Positions 38,994 to 49,061 of a DNA stretch of 64,000 nt are shown here, one piece after another; position 1 is the stretch's first letter, and every line of letters starts with the position of its first letter. The notes beneath the pieces are model-generated. The model worked only from the letters and a program-made list of their open reading frames with translations, ran no database searches and had not been told where the DNA came from. The position numbers and the translations under genes were made by a program. The DNA is from Candidatus Poribacteria bacterium (lineage in GTDB: Bacteria > Poribacteria > WGA-4E > PCPOR2b), in contig OZ244042.1 in NCBI GenBank assembly GCA_965215015.1, positions 448,001 through 512,000 on the forward strand. The letters run 5' to 3'.

Positions 38994-41081
38994 TTAGATG
39001 AATCGATAGGTTGCCTGCCCAAGAATCGTACCGACTGCGCCCCAGAAACTTGCGGTTACAAACTCTCCCAAAACGAGGCCGATAAAAAACGCGCTCGCCT
39101 GTCGATGCAGCCTGAGCCCACCGAATCGGAGGATGATTAATTTGGTTAACCAGCTAATGAAGATTGAAAACCATAGGAGGTTGAGCGACCACGTTCCCCC
39201 AATCACGTATCCTGCCGGATGAAAGGGCCACCAGATAAAAAGCCTCCGCATAATCAGAAATCCCAGTCCGATACCGAATCCCCCACCCATAAAGATTAAC
39301 GATTTGATATCCGTCCCCCTTGGATAGCTCAACCAGTTTTGTAGACGGTTAAAAATGGGCCAACCGGGCCACGTACTCCCTTGGTATTGATAGGCGGTGT
39401 GTAGGTAAGCCCAACAAGCAGCTATTGCTCCAACCACCGTGGCAATCAGGATGCCTGCGATCAGCATCCCGTTGATGGAAAGATTCATCCGATCCGCTAG
39501 CCGAAATGCTTCCAATTGATGTGGCTGGGGGTTGCTACGATGTGCATAAGTGAAAAAGTGGAGATAGGAAAATAGGGTCAGGCTCGTTGGCCCAATTGAT
39601 TGTGTGCCGAATCCTGTCACGACAATGTCTTCGGGGCGAAACGCGAAATCGTGCATCGGATAACCTGCTTCGACACGGATGCGCGTCACAACCGTTGAAA
39701 GCCCAAAGAAAATAAGGAAAAAGACCGACGAAACCCACACGGACATCCCTGCAACGTAGCAAAACCCAATGAGATAGCTAAGACTCGCAAAAATGCTAAA
39801 AATTGCCCAGCGATAGTGCTGTATTTCCGACCGGTTGCCCGGAATCTCGCGTAGCTGATCACCAGTGCTTTGCACCGTGGTAGGCATTCTAAAAAAGCTC
39901 CGTAGGATTTTCCGTCCGGTAGACCGTAGTCCCCACAATGTCATAAACAAAATTGCCGCGCAAGCACCGATGGATTGCTCCCATGTAAAGGGAAATCCGG
40001 CTAACATGCTGCCACCAGAGAAGACCGTTCCTCCTACCCGCTCGATTCGCCAAAGCCAATAGAAAAACCAGCAGGAGAAAGAGAGGTCTAGCGGCATAAA
40101 GAACGCTAGCCCAATTGCAAATGGGTGAAACTCAATCGGAATCCAACCAAGCGCATTCCACGGCTTTGTGGTAAAATATTGGCTCAGAAGATAGCGTCCA
40201 TAGAAGATGCTGGGGGCAACAGGGAACAGGGTATGAATACCGTTGACGAGGTTGAACACCACGGAAAGGGCGAACCCAGTCCAGATGAGACGTGTTTTGA
40301 AAAGACGAGGACCGTTGTTGATGATGTCTAACGGTATTTGGGCGAGAGGATAGCTGAGGCGTTCATGTGCTGTCCAGTGCTTGCGTACTAGGAGGTTGAT
40401 GCCCAGCATACAAACCAATAGTGCGATAATAACGGTGCACCATGCGAGACACGGTACGACCCAGGCGTTGAAGTATTCGGCAATATAAAAGGTGTTATCA
40501 TAAAATGTGCCACGGTCTTTGTAGTAGCCAGCCAACACCGACTTATCTGTGACAACAAGCCAGCGTGGTACATAGCGGTGGAAGAGTTCCTGCCAATCAT
40601 TCTCAGGCGCGGCGAAGTAGAAGGCGTGTCCGATAAGCGGGAACAATCGCTGGATCATGTCGTGGCCCGCGATGGCAGAGGAGACGCACAGCATCACGTA
40701 GATTAGCACCATGTCGCTCGAATCCAGTGCGAGCCTCGGAACATAACGCTTGAGCCACGGATTGATTAAACTCAAGACGAAGATGAGGAAGATCGCGTTC
40801 ATGAACAGCGACACCCGCGTGAAGTTCACCCCGTGTCCCGTGATGCCGGTGTCAACGACCCAGAGGCTGTTGATTGGCAGAACCACGAGACCGATGAAAA
40901 GCAGCTTGCAAATCTGCGCGGTCAGATTCGGTTTGGCTGGATGCTTTGGTGTCTGGAGCACGGATGATGAGGTGCCTCCTGTCGTTGTTATGCTATCACT
41001 AAATATTTGGGGGACCGTGACAGCAGCTACATCAAACGTGCCTCGTGAGAAGTGAGGAGTGACAAGCGACTTATTTCTCAC
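38994..41081 (-). CDS. DUF6785/DUF6784-like membrane protein (paralog 2)
   Basis: HERLSYP, RIRVEAG, WWPFHPAG, FFIGLVLGE; start uncertain. Confidence 0.75.
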   Translation of the reverse strand: MRNKSLVTPHFSRGTFDVAAVTVPQIFSDSITTTGGTSSSVLQTPKHPAKPNLTAQICKLLFIGLVVLPINSLWVVDTGITGHGVNFTRVSLFMNAIFLIFVLSLINPWLKRYVPRLALDSSDMVLIYVMLCVSSAIAGHDMIQRLFPLIGHAFYFAAPENDWQELFHRYVPRWLVVTDKSVLAGYYKDRGTFYDNTFYIAEYFNAWVVPCLAWCTVIIALLVCMLGINLLVRKHWTAHERLSYPLAQIPLDIINNGPRLFKTRLIWTGFALSVVFNLVNGIHTLFPVAPSIFYGRYLLSQYFTTKPWNALGWIPIEFHPFAIGLAFFMPLDLSFSCWFFYWLWRIERVGGTVFSGGSMLAGFPFTWEQSIGACAAILFMTLWGLRSTGRKILRSFFRMPTTVQSTGDQLREIPGNRSEIQHYRWAIFSIFASLSYLIGFCYVAGMSVWVSSVFFLIFFGLSTVVTRIRVEAGYPMHDFAFRPEDIVVTGFGTQSIGPTSLTLFSYLHFFTYAHRSNPQPHQLEAFRLADRMNLSINGMLIAGILIATVVGAIAACWAYLHTAYQYQGSTWPGWPIFNRLQNWLSYPRGTDIKSLIFMGGGFGIGLGFLIMRRLFIWWPFHPAGYVIGGTWSLNLLWFSIFISWLTKLIILRFGGLRLHRQASAFFIGLVLGEFVTASFWGAVGTILGQATYRFI

Positions 41082-41109
41082 TCATCACTCCTTCACACTG
41101 GTTGGAGAT

Positions 41110-41970
41110 TCACTTGGTTTTCTGATTGTAGAGGGGTTTTTCCAGAATGGTCTGGGTTTCGTAGATTGAACCGCCGCGCTCCGCCCGAGGGAGTGCCATG
41201 CGAACTGGAGCCCCGACCATACGTACCTGATTCGTGAGTTCACCACGTAGGACATTGGCACTTAGAGCATCCCAGTCCCCTCCGCTCAACGGCCAGGCAT
41301 CAACGGCGGTGTAGGCGGCAAGTAGTAAACGGCGTGGCTTGCTGGAGGTATTAGGCGCAGAGCCATGGAGGGTGCGGACATGATGAATCGAAATCCCCCC
41401 GGCTTTGACTTCGACCGGAATGGCACCATCCGGCGTAAAATTGGAGTCAGTGATCGCACCGGCGAAACGGTTGTTCTGGTGGTGGTCGTAGATTGGTCCC
41501 TTGTGGGAGCCGGGGATGACCATTAGCCCACCATTTTCGAGCGACATATCGTCAATGGCAACACCGACCGCCAACACATCATCATTTGTATGGGGGTAGA
41601 ACGCCCAATCCTGATGCCATTCAACAGGGCTGCCAAAATCGGGGTATTTCATATTCAGTTTGCTGCCCATCGAGCGAACGCCGGGCCCAACTAATTGCTC
41701 AACGATGTCGATAATGGGTTCGTAACATCGCACCTGATCATAGACAATGTGTTGCGCTGCTGGATTTTTGATCCGGCGTACACGGGGAGATTCTGAGGAA
41801 TGGCCGGGTTCAAGATCAAAAACGTCAGTATGTTCGGCGACTTCACGGGATTTTTCGACGAATTCATCTGTCACACGACGAAGGTCGATGATATCTTGCT
41901 CCGAAAGCACACTTTCAACACCGATGTAACCATTTTCATGGTAGAAGTCGATCTGTTGCTGAGTTAACAT
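41110..41970 (-). CDS. PhyH-family Fe(II)/2OG dioxygenase
   Basis: MLTQQQIDFYHENGY, WHQD, NGGLMVIPGSH, LHGSAPN; RBS AAGGAG. Confidence 0.9.
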   Translation of the reverse strand: MLTQQQIDFYHENGYIGVESVLSEQDIIDLRRVTDEFVEKSREVAEHTDVFDLEPGHSSESPRVRRIKNPAAQHIVYDQVRCYEPIIDIVEQLVGPGVRSMGSKLNMKYPDFGSPVEWHQDWAFYPHTNDDVLAVGVAIDDMSLENGGLMVIPGSHKGPIYDHHQNNRFAGAITDSNFTPDGAIPVEVKAGGISIHHVRTLHGSAPNTSSKPRRLLLAAYTAVDAWPLSGGDWDALSANVLRGELTNQVRMVGAPVRMALPRAERGGSIYETQTILEKPLYNQKTK

Positions 41971-42231
41971 AATGTAACTCCTTTCGCATGAAGCGATTGA
42001 AAAAGCCTGCGAATCAATTCGCAAGCTAAGCCCCTATCTAATCAACGTTCAATTGGAATTAGTAAACCCTGATTGAGCGATGAATTTGCCAATTCATCGG
42101 AAGCGGATGGCTGAAAATATACAGTCTTAGGAGTAGGATCTAATAGCTCAAGTCGTTTCGAGACGACTCAAATCTACTCACTATTTTAATATTGTACATC
42201 CAACTGAGGTCTAAATTCAACTTTTTTCTTA

Positions 42232-42538
42232 TAGGACTTACGCAGGTGAACGTTCAATCCCTCGTAGTTCGGTGATGAATCACCGGACACTACAACTCAC
42301 GACACCCGATGAATCGGGCAACTACAGTTCAGCCAATTAGGAGTAGGTAAGCTTCGCGTTCCCTTCCCCCGCAAGCAGGGGGAATAGGCTCAATGAGCCA
42401 GGAATTGACCGACACCCCACCGGGTTGCGTCCCCCCTTGCGGGGGGGATTAGAAGGGGGCTACGGCATACGGAGTATGCCGACTCCCTTAAAGACGCGGG
42501 TTGAATTGCGTTACTACAAACTCAAGTGCGTAACTTCC
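42232..42538. mobile_element. MITE-like element A, copy 4
   Basis: TAGGACTTACGCAG ... AAACTCAAGTGCGTAACT; module order colinear with copy 1. Confidence 0.72.
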
Positions 42539-42649
42539 ACCTTATTTGAGAATGCTTCGACGCTGACCAGCGGGGCCGCCGTGACGTACCCTTTGGCGGT
42601 AAACGATGTGCTGAGATGCAGGATTGTTAATCCGGCAGACGCAGGGAGA

Positions 42650-44614
42650 TCACTGTACTGTCCAGAACCACACGACATACATCGGTGTCTCTAAAATCAC
42701 ACCTAGGATAGCCCAATAGCTGCCGCTCACCACATCACCCAGGACTAGCCCTAAGAAAAAGGGCAATACGCGTCGATACAGACGCGCTCCGCCATATTTG
42801 AGTATCGCAAGCTTAGCGACCGAGGCAAGAATTAACACGAGCCAGAATTGATCTAGTGTTCCGCCGTTGATGCCTATCACATAACCAACTGGGTGGAAGG
42901 GCCACCAGATAAACTTGAGCCGCATGATACCAAGAAACATCGTAAATATAAATGACACACCGATGACCGCTGATCCGTAAACATCCGTCGGGCGCGGAAA
43001 CTGTAACCAACCAGCCAGTCGGTTGTAGGTCCCCCAACCAGGCCCTAAAATCATCCCTGCCTTGCTGCCTCCATGGTTATACAGAACGTAAAGGTACATC
43101 AGAAACGCAGAGAAAACGCCTATCACAATCGCAAAGAGCATCACCCATAACAGTTTACGATGGTTCATTCCGGTGCGTTGCGCCAACTTAAAGCCTTCAA
43201 GTTGATGTGGCATAGGCTGACTGCGATTCTGGCTATTGAACCACGAAAAAAGCGAGAATACTACCAGATTACCACGCCCAAATGGACGTATCCCAAACAC
43301 CGTCGTCAAGGCAGTTTGTGGATTGACACCAGCCATGTCGTGGGCAGGTGGTCCAAGTTCAGCACGGACACGAGTCACAGCCATCGTGATCATTATGTAC
43401 AATCCGAAAAATAGGACGAATACCCACATGGACATCCCTGCCTGATTGCAAATAAGATAAAGGAGGAGAAGACAGACTACAATCCCTATGGCTGCCGATC
43501 GATAGCGCATCGGTTCGGTCGAATCACTGATAGATGTAGGCCTGCCGATGACCCGTTTACCAATCTCCCAAAAATGTTGCCTGCCTGCCCACATTGCCAT
43601 TACAACAATCGCAAGCGCGGCACCCATTGCTTGGTTCGGTTGAAAAGGATAGTAAGGGATCGTATACCAGCCAGCCGCCCTTCCTCCAATGTATTGTGCT
43701 TTGCGAATCCAGTAGAAAAATGCTGTCGAAAAACTCACATCCAGTGGCAAAAGAAAGCACAAGCCAATAAAAAACAAGCGTAGATGAAAAAAGGTCCCTC
43801 CAATCGCATTCCACGGCTCCTCGGTAAGCCACAACGAGAGATCCGCGGTCTTCTCGCGAATCGGTATTAGTGGGAAGGCCGGATAGAGGAAATTGATTCC
43901 GTTGATGATTTCGATGCCCGCTGCAATCGAGAATCCCAACCACATGCCGCGGTTCCGAAAGAGCTGCATTCCAGGTGCCGTCATATCGAGTGGCAGTTGG
44001 GTAATTGGATATGGCAGTTTTTCATGTTCAATCCATTGGCGTCGGAGCAACACATTTATAAAGGCGACAAGCGCGAAAATCAGGGAGGAGATGATTGTCC
44101 AACTCAGGATAGGAACGATCCAGTAGCGCAGATAGCCCTCTGTGAAGAAATTAGCCCCTCCCTCATAAAAAGGACGGGCAATGGTTGTGTTACCCATAAC
44201 GAGCCAGTTCGGAAGGTAAGGCTGGAGGATCTGTTTCCATTCGTTTTCGGGAGTGGCAAACCAGAAAGCGTGGCAGAGGGGTCCCATGAGACCGACCATG
44301 TTATCGTGGGCAACTACCGCTGTAACACATGCCAGCATGACATAGATGACGAGGAGTTCAGCTTGGCTCAACGCATATGCCGGAAGGAATCGTTGGGCAA
44401 TATAGTTCAAGAGTGCCAACACGAAAATAATGAAAATGACATTCATCGGGATTGAGGTTGCGGAGAAATGAAATCCGTGCCAGAGCATCTCTTCCATTCC
44501 AATCCAGTAGGCATTAATCGGCATAAGGATGCAACCCAATACCACAGCGCGTAGGGTAATCCGCGACTGAGAAAATTGAGGTGTAGAGGGAGAGGCCCCC
44601 ACCGTTTCTTTCAT
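42650..44614 (-). CDS. DUF6785/DUF6784-like membrane protein (paralog 3)
   Basis: Highly similar to 9148-11097 (SRITLRAV.LG.ILMP.NAYWI); start placed at MKETVG after GGAG. Confidence 0.78.
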   Translation of the reverse strand: MKETVGASPSTPQFSQSRITLRAVVLGCILMPINAYWIGMEEMLWHGFHFSATSIPMNVIFIIFVLALLNYIAQRFLPAYALSQAELLVIYVMLACVTAVVAHDNMVGLMGPLCHAFWFATPENEWKQILQPYLPNWLVMGNTTIARPFYEGGANFFTEGYLRYWIVPILSWTIISSLIFALVAFINVLLRRQWIEHEKLPYPITQLPLDMTAPGMQLFRNRGMWLGFSIAAGIEIINGINFLYPAFPLIPIREKTADLSLWLTEEPWNAIGGTFFHLRLFFIGLCFLLPLDVSFSTAFFYWIRKAQYIGGRAAGWYTIPYYPFQPNQAMGAALAIVVMAMWAGRQHFWEIGKRVIGRPTSISDSTEPMRYRSAAIGIVVCLLLLYLICNQAGMSMWVFVLFFGLYIMITMAVTRVRAELGPPAHDMAGVNPQTALTTVFGIRPFGRGNLVVFSLFSWFNSQNRSQPMPHQLEGFKLAQRTGMNHRKLLWVMLFAIVIGVFSAFLMYLYVLYNHGGSKAGMILGPGWGTYNRLAGWLQFPRPTDVYGSAVIGVSFIFTMFLGIMRLKFIWWPFHPVGYVIGINGGTLDQFWLVLILASVAKLAILKYGGARLYRRVLPFFLGLVLGDVVSGSYWAILGVILETPMYVVWFWTVQ

Positions 44615-44780
44615 AAAATCATTTCTCCGATCCGTTGAAGAATTTGCTGCGGCCAGTTTTCTTCCATTCCGCTTTGCTTCCTCTTGGTCTGGGCGGCCCC
44701 GCTTCTCTTCAAAGTTGGGGAAATACAGATGGGTAGGAAGGATATGCAAAGACTTATGCTGGGTACTTACTTATCAAAGC

Positions 44781-44965
44781 TCATTTCGGCTTTGCCGCGG
44801 GATCTCTGGGGTTCCGGATCTTCGCCGGGTCGTAGCGCGATTTCTCAATGTACTCATCCGTGACACGATATAATTCAGTAATCTCCTCGGCGGAAAACAC
44901 ACCTGCCCCGCCGAGGTAACCGTTTTCATGGTAGCAGCGAATCTGTTCTTGGGTAAGCCCTACTG
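44781..44965 (-). pseudogene. 5' remnant of a PhyH-family gene
   Basis: LTQEQIRCYHENGY...RVTDEYIEKSR matches the N-terminus of 41110-41970; start codon lost, catalytic part missing. Confidence 0.7.
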
Positions 44966-45009
44966 GCTCCTTTTTCGAGTGCCCTAACACTCCAAGTTCA
45001 GTTTTCCAA

Positions 45010-45993
45010 TTATTGCCGCGGGGGGATAATCTCTCCATTGATAATCCGCTGCTTGAGCGATTCAACGCGCTTCAGGATTTCGGCTGATAGTACCTTTTGA
45101 TTGTTGGCATCAACGATGTATTCGATTCCACCCTCCTTGAGACCGTATAATTTTATTCCGCCGGTGAAATTGTCCTCGACGACAGCTTGGATTGTTTGGT
45201 AGACCGAGAGTTCGACCCCTTTGATTATGCTTGTCAGAACAAGTCCCGGTGCGAGGTGGTTCCCATTCGCATCCACCCAGATAAGCTGCTTCTGCTTTTC
45301 CTTGGCGGCTTCGAGTATGCCTAGGCTTGTTGCACCCGCCGCCGCAAGAATTACGTCAACACCTTTATTGTATTGTGCCAATGCGAGTTCTTTCCCCTTA
45401 GCAGGGTCACTGAAGGCTTTCGGTGTAACACCTGCATAATCAATGAGGACTTCGACCTCTGGATTGATAGCTTTTGCCCCGGCGTAATAGCCTGCTTCAA
45501 AAGCGTGCAGGAGCGGGACGTTCATCCCACCGATGAAGCCGATCCGATTTGTCTCTGTTTTCAGTGCAGCAATTGCCCCCATCAGGTAGGTCCCCTCATG
45601 CGCTTTGAAAATCAATGAGGCGACATTTTCTCGTTCGGCTTCGGCATCAATAATTGCGAACTTAACGTTTGGAAATTCAGATGCCACGCGCTCCACTGGT
45701 TCTTGAAAGAGAAAGCCGACCCCAATGATGAGGTCATATTTCAATCGAGCCAACTGCCTCAATGCAAACTCGATGTCGGTGCTCTGTCCGGGTGTGATTT
45801 CTTTGAGGTCAAGTTTCCACTGATCGACCGCTTTCTTGGCACCGGCGTAGGAAGCGTCACAAAACGAAAGATCTCCACGGCCTCCCGTATCGTAAATTAA
45901 TCCAATCCTTTTGGTTTTTGCAGCACTCGGTGTGATAAGCAGAAAAATGAGCGTGACACAGCAGATGAAAGTTTTAATCAAACCTTTTTGCAT
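45010..45993 (-). CDS. BMP-family ABC substrate-binding protein
   Basis: GGRGDLSF, IGVGF, GFIGG, FSDPAKGKE, WVD, YGLKEGG. Confidence 0.88.
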   Translation of the reverse strand: MQKGLIKTFICCVTLIFLLITPSAAKTKRIGLIYDTGGRGDLSFCDASYAGAKKAVDQWKLDLKEITPGQSTDIEFALRQLARLKYDLIIGVGFLFQEPVERVASEFPNVKFAIIDAEAERENVASLIFKAHEGTYLMGAIAALKTETNRIGFIGGMNVPLLHAFEAGYYAGAKAINPEVEVLIDYAGVTPKAFSDPAKGKELALAQYNKGVDVILAAAGATSLGILEAAKEKQKQLIWVDANGNHLAPGLVLTSIIKGVELSVYQTIQAVVEDNFTGGIKLYGLKEGGIEYIVDANNQKVLSAEILKRVESLKQRIINGEIIPPRQ

Positions 45994-46045
45994 AATGCTG
46001 ATTCCTTACAAGTTAGTCCTGTTTACCGACTTTGCTAGGTTTAGG

Positions 46046-46876
46046 CTACACTCCCAGCCAAATTGATACCCCTGCAACTATCCCCAAGGCAAAGCAGTAG
46101 TAGGAAAAAACAGAAAATTTCCCGCGATTGAGGACTGCGAGCAAAAAGCGTAACGCAATATAACCCACAATGAATGAAGTCAATGTTCCAGCGGCTATAA
46201 CGACTGGAGCAATTGTAATCTCCTCTACATCTTTAAGTTTGAGGACAACTGCGCCGAAGATTGCGGGAATGGAAAGTAGAAAAGAGTATTGCGCTGCAAC
46301 CTGTGGAGGCAGTCCCAACAGTAACGAAATAGAAATCGTTGACCCAGACCTAGAAATTCCGGGGGTAATGGCGAGCCCTTGAGCAATCCCGATGAGCGGC
46401 GTATGCCAAGCTCGTAAAGAGGTTTCCGCTTGTAGCAGTTTTTGCCCGAAGCGAGACAATTGCAAGATTAGCCCCGTGACAATCAACATGAAAGCAACAA
46501 CCATTGGTTTGCCAAAAATCGCCTCAAGAGAACTTTTGAACGATAGGGCAATTAGCCCGGTAGGAATCGAGCCGAGTAGGAGAAACCAGATTAGCTTGAG
46601 CCCCGGAGTGCTATTGATTGTAAGCCGAGGGTGTTGGTAGAAACCTATCTGAAAGAGCGTAGAAAAACTTGTTCGCACCAAAGACTGAATTAACTGATAA
46701 TAAACAATAATGACAGCCCCCAAGGTGCCAAAGTGGAGCATAACATCGAAAAACACCTGTGACTCTTTTATCCCCAAGAAATGTTGCATCAGAACTAAAT
46801 GCCCAGAACTACTTACTGGCAAGAACTCTGTTATCCCTTGCAAAATACCAAGTACAATCGCTTCAAGAATGGTCAT
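46046..46876 (-). CDS. uppP: Undecaprenyl-diphosphate phosphatase
   Basis: QGITEFLPVSSSGH, PGISRSGST, YSFLLSIP. Confidence 0.95.
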   Translation of the reverse strand: MTILEAIVLGILQGITEFLPVSSSGHLVLMQHFLGIKESQVFFDVMLHFGTLGAVIIVYYQLIQSLVRTSFSTLFQIGFYQHPRLTINSTPGLKLIWFLLLGSIPTGLIALSFKSSLEAIFGKPMVVAFMLIVTGLILQLSRFGQKLLQAETSLRAWHTPLIGIAQGLAITPGISRSGSTISISLLLGLPPQVAAQYSFLLSIPAIFGAVVLKLKDVEEITIAPVVIAAGTLTSFIVGYIALRFLLAVLNRGKFSVFSYYCFALGIVAGVSIWLGV

Positions 46877-47274
46877 CGGTACTTCCTAAATCGCCGACAA
46901 ATTTTTTGAAATCTCTGTTTATGTTGGGGATGTCAGGCACAAAAGGTGCGTTTTTACGTTGGGCGCTTATAGTATAGCAGTAGGCAAAAGTAAAGTGAGT
47001 TGTAATTGATGATCGTTTTGGAGCATCAAAACCCAGCACACGTCACCATAGGTACCACGCTGCACAAGGCTATGGGCGAAAATAAATTTAACAGGAATCA
47101 AAAAAAAGCAGCTTAACCAAAACAGGGCAGGAGAACGAGGAATAGTCCCTTGAATGCTAGGATATTCTCGAAGAAATTGGGCAAAGTTAGAAATGATATT
47201 CATTGCGGATGGGGTAGGCACTTAATCCGAGGGAATTGCCCCATTGCAGGTTTATGTGGGCAATTATTCGTATA

Positions 47275-47309
47275 CAACCTTGCGAAGGTTTGGCACCCCC
47301 GCAAGGTTG
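47275..47309. repeat. 10-bp inverted repeat (REP-like or terminator)
   Basis: CAACCTTGCG...CGCAAGGTTG; related AACCTT motifs near 15559 and 63374. Confidence 0.5.
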
Positions 47310-47349
47310 ACTGACTTAGATTATCAACGCCACAAGAGACTAATATTTT

Positions 47350-47592
47350 CTATTCAAGGGCATCTTCTACTGCCTCTGGTAGGACAACGGTGCTTGGATC
47401 TACATCAATCGGATATTCGGTGCCATAGGCTGCAACAAGTTCGTCAAATGTTGCGTTATCCACGTTCTCCAGTTCTCCACCGGGACGATTGAGAAAAACA
47501 CCTCGGCAGCCATCACAACTCATCAGATCTACATCCGATCTCTCGATCGGGAATTGCGTGAGTGGATTATTACAACCTGAACAAGGAAGCAT
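47350..47592 (-). CDS. Small zinc-ribbon protein (zf-TFIIB-like)
   Basis: CSGC...CDGCRGVFL..GELE; RBS AAAGGA. Confidence 0.7.
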   Translation of the reverse strand: MLPCSGCNNPLTQFPIERSDVDLMSCDGCRGVFLNRPGGELENVDNATFDELVAAYGTEYPIDVDPSTVVLPEAVEDALE

Positions 47593-47652
47593 AGATTAGA
47601 TCCTTTCAAATAAAGGGTTTGCGAAGTCCGAAAACATAATTTGCGCTTATTA

Positions 47653-48849
47653 TTAGTCGGCAGCAGCCGCAAGTGCTTCGGAATGATCCATTTCACAGAA
47701 TTCGACATAATCACTGATTAGCTCGGTAATCGTCGGTTGCTCGCCGCAGATTGGGCAGTTCTTATCCCGACTCACTTTTAACTCACGAAACTTCATGCTC
47801 AGTGCGTCGTACATCATCAAACGACCGATGAGCGGTTCGCCAATGTCGAGGATTAGCTTGACGGCTTCAGTCGCCATCACAAGACCAATTGTGCCTGGGA
47901 GCACGCCCAGGACGCCAGCTTCGTTTCAGCCAGGCACCATGCCGGGCGGCGGCGGAGTCGGATACATGCACCGATAGCAGGGGCCATCGTGTGGCTTAAG
48001 GACGGTCGCCTGCCCTTCAAACTGGAAAATACTGCCGTGTACAATGGGTGTGTTCGTCAACACTGCAGCATCATTGACTAGATAGCGTGTTGCGAAATTA
48101 TCGCAGCCATCAACGACCAAGTCGTACTCATTAAAGAGATCGATGATGTTGTCTTCTGACAGTCGCATATTGTAGGGAACAATATTGACATCAGGATTCA
48201 GGAAAGTCATTGTTTCAGCTGCGGATTCGGTCTTCGGCTTGCCAACAGTTTCCGTGCGGTGGAGGATTTGGCGCTGCAAATTACTTAGCTCGACGACATC
48301 TGAATCAACCACGCCGAGTGTGCCGACGCCTGTCGCCGCAAGGTATAGTCCCGCCGGCGAGCCCAAGCCCCCTGCCCCAACGAGTAACACTTTAGCGTCA
48401 AGCAGCTTCGACTGTCCCCTTTCGCCGACTTCGCTCAGCATGAAGTGCCGGCTGTATCGCTCCAACTGATCCGGTGTCATCGGCTTATCTTTTGCCGTCG
48501 GGAATCCAGCTGCTGACCAATCTCGATATCCACCTGCCATGGATACAGAATCCATGTATCCCAGCTCTTTCAGGGCTTTGGCGGCGAGCAAGGATCTCAT
48601 TCCCGCAGCGCAATAGACAATCACTCTTTTGCCCCGATCTGGCACTTCGTCTTCTATCGAGAATTCGAGCATTCCCCGCGTGACATGGACAGCGTCAGGG
48701 ATATAGCCCGCTCGATATTCGTCCTCATCGCGAACATCGAGCAGCACGACATCGTCTCCGCCTTCCGCTTTTTCTTTTTGAGCTTCTTCAATAGAAACTT
48801 CTGGGACCTCTTTTTTAACTTCTTCGATCATTTGGCTTGTGGATTTCAA
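47653..48849 (-). CDS. moeB: Rhodanese-MoeB/ThiF adenylyltransferase with in-frame TGA (probable selenocysteine)
   Basis: Rhodanese DVR...CAAGMRS; RYSRH, GAGGLG, SNLQRQ, CYRC; PPPGMVPG-TGA-NEAGVLGVLPG continues in frame to CPIC. Confidence 0.85.
47889..47913 (-). promoter_or_regulatory. Putative bacterial SECIS hairpin
   Basis: GU-CCUGGG-CGUGCU-CCCAGG-C-AC; loop starts 20 nt after the UGA with G at loop position 2. Confidence 0.6.
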
Positions 48850-49061
48850 TGCAATTCACCTCATTTGTTCAATCGAATATAGCAATCTCAGATTGTGTTG
48901 ATGATGGGAATTCACTTACAACTTTCATTATATCACAAGCGGATGGTACTGTCAAAACTAAATTGAGATGTGATATACTTGTGCACATGCTTGTGTTCAA
49001 CGAGCATATCCAAGAATTAATAGAGGAGAAGGTAGAACGGGTTGGATGTTCTACGGAAACC

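Noticed and set aside
15693-42538. CRISPR array or integron attC sites
   Set aside because: Copies are dispersed, variable in length and lack regular spacers; no cas or integrase gene; no clear attC box structure
42425-42694. 89-aa ORF (and 16303-16593)
   Set aside because: Largely translations of repeat elements
47653-47904. Separate 83-aa gene, or moeB as a nonsense pseudogene
   Set aside because: In frame with the upstream ORF, and the only lesion is a TGA at the conserved Cys with a SECIS-like stem, so recoding explains it better
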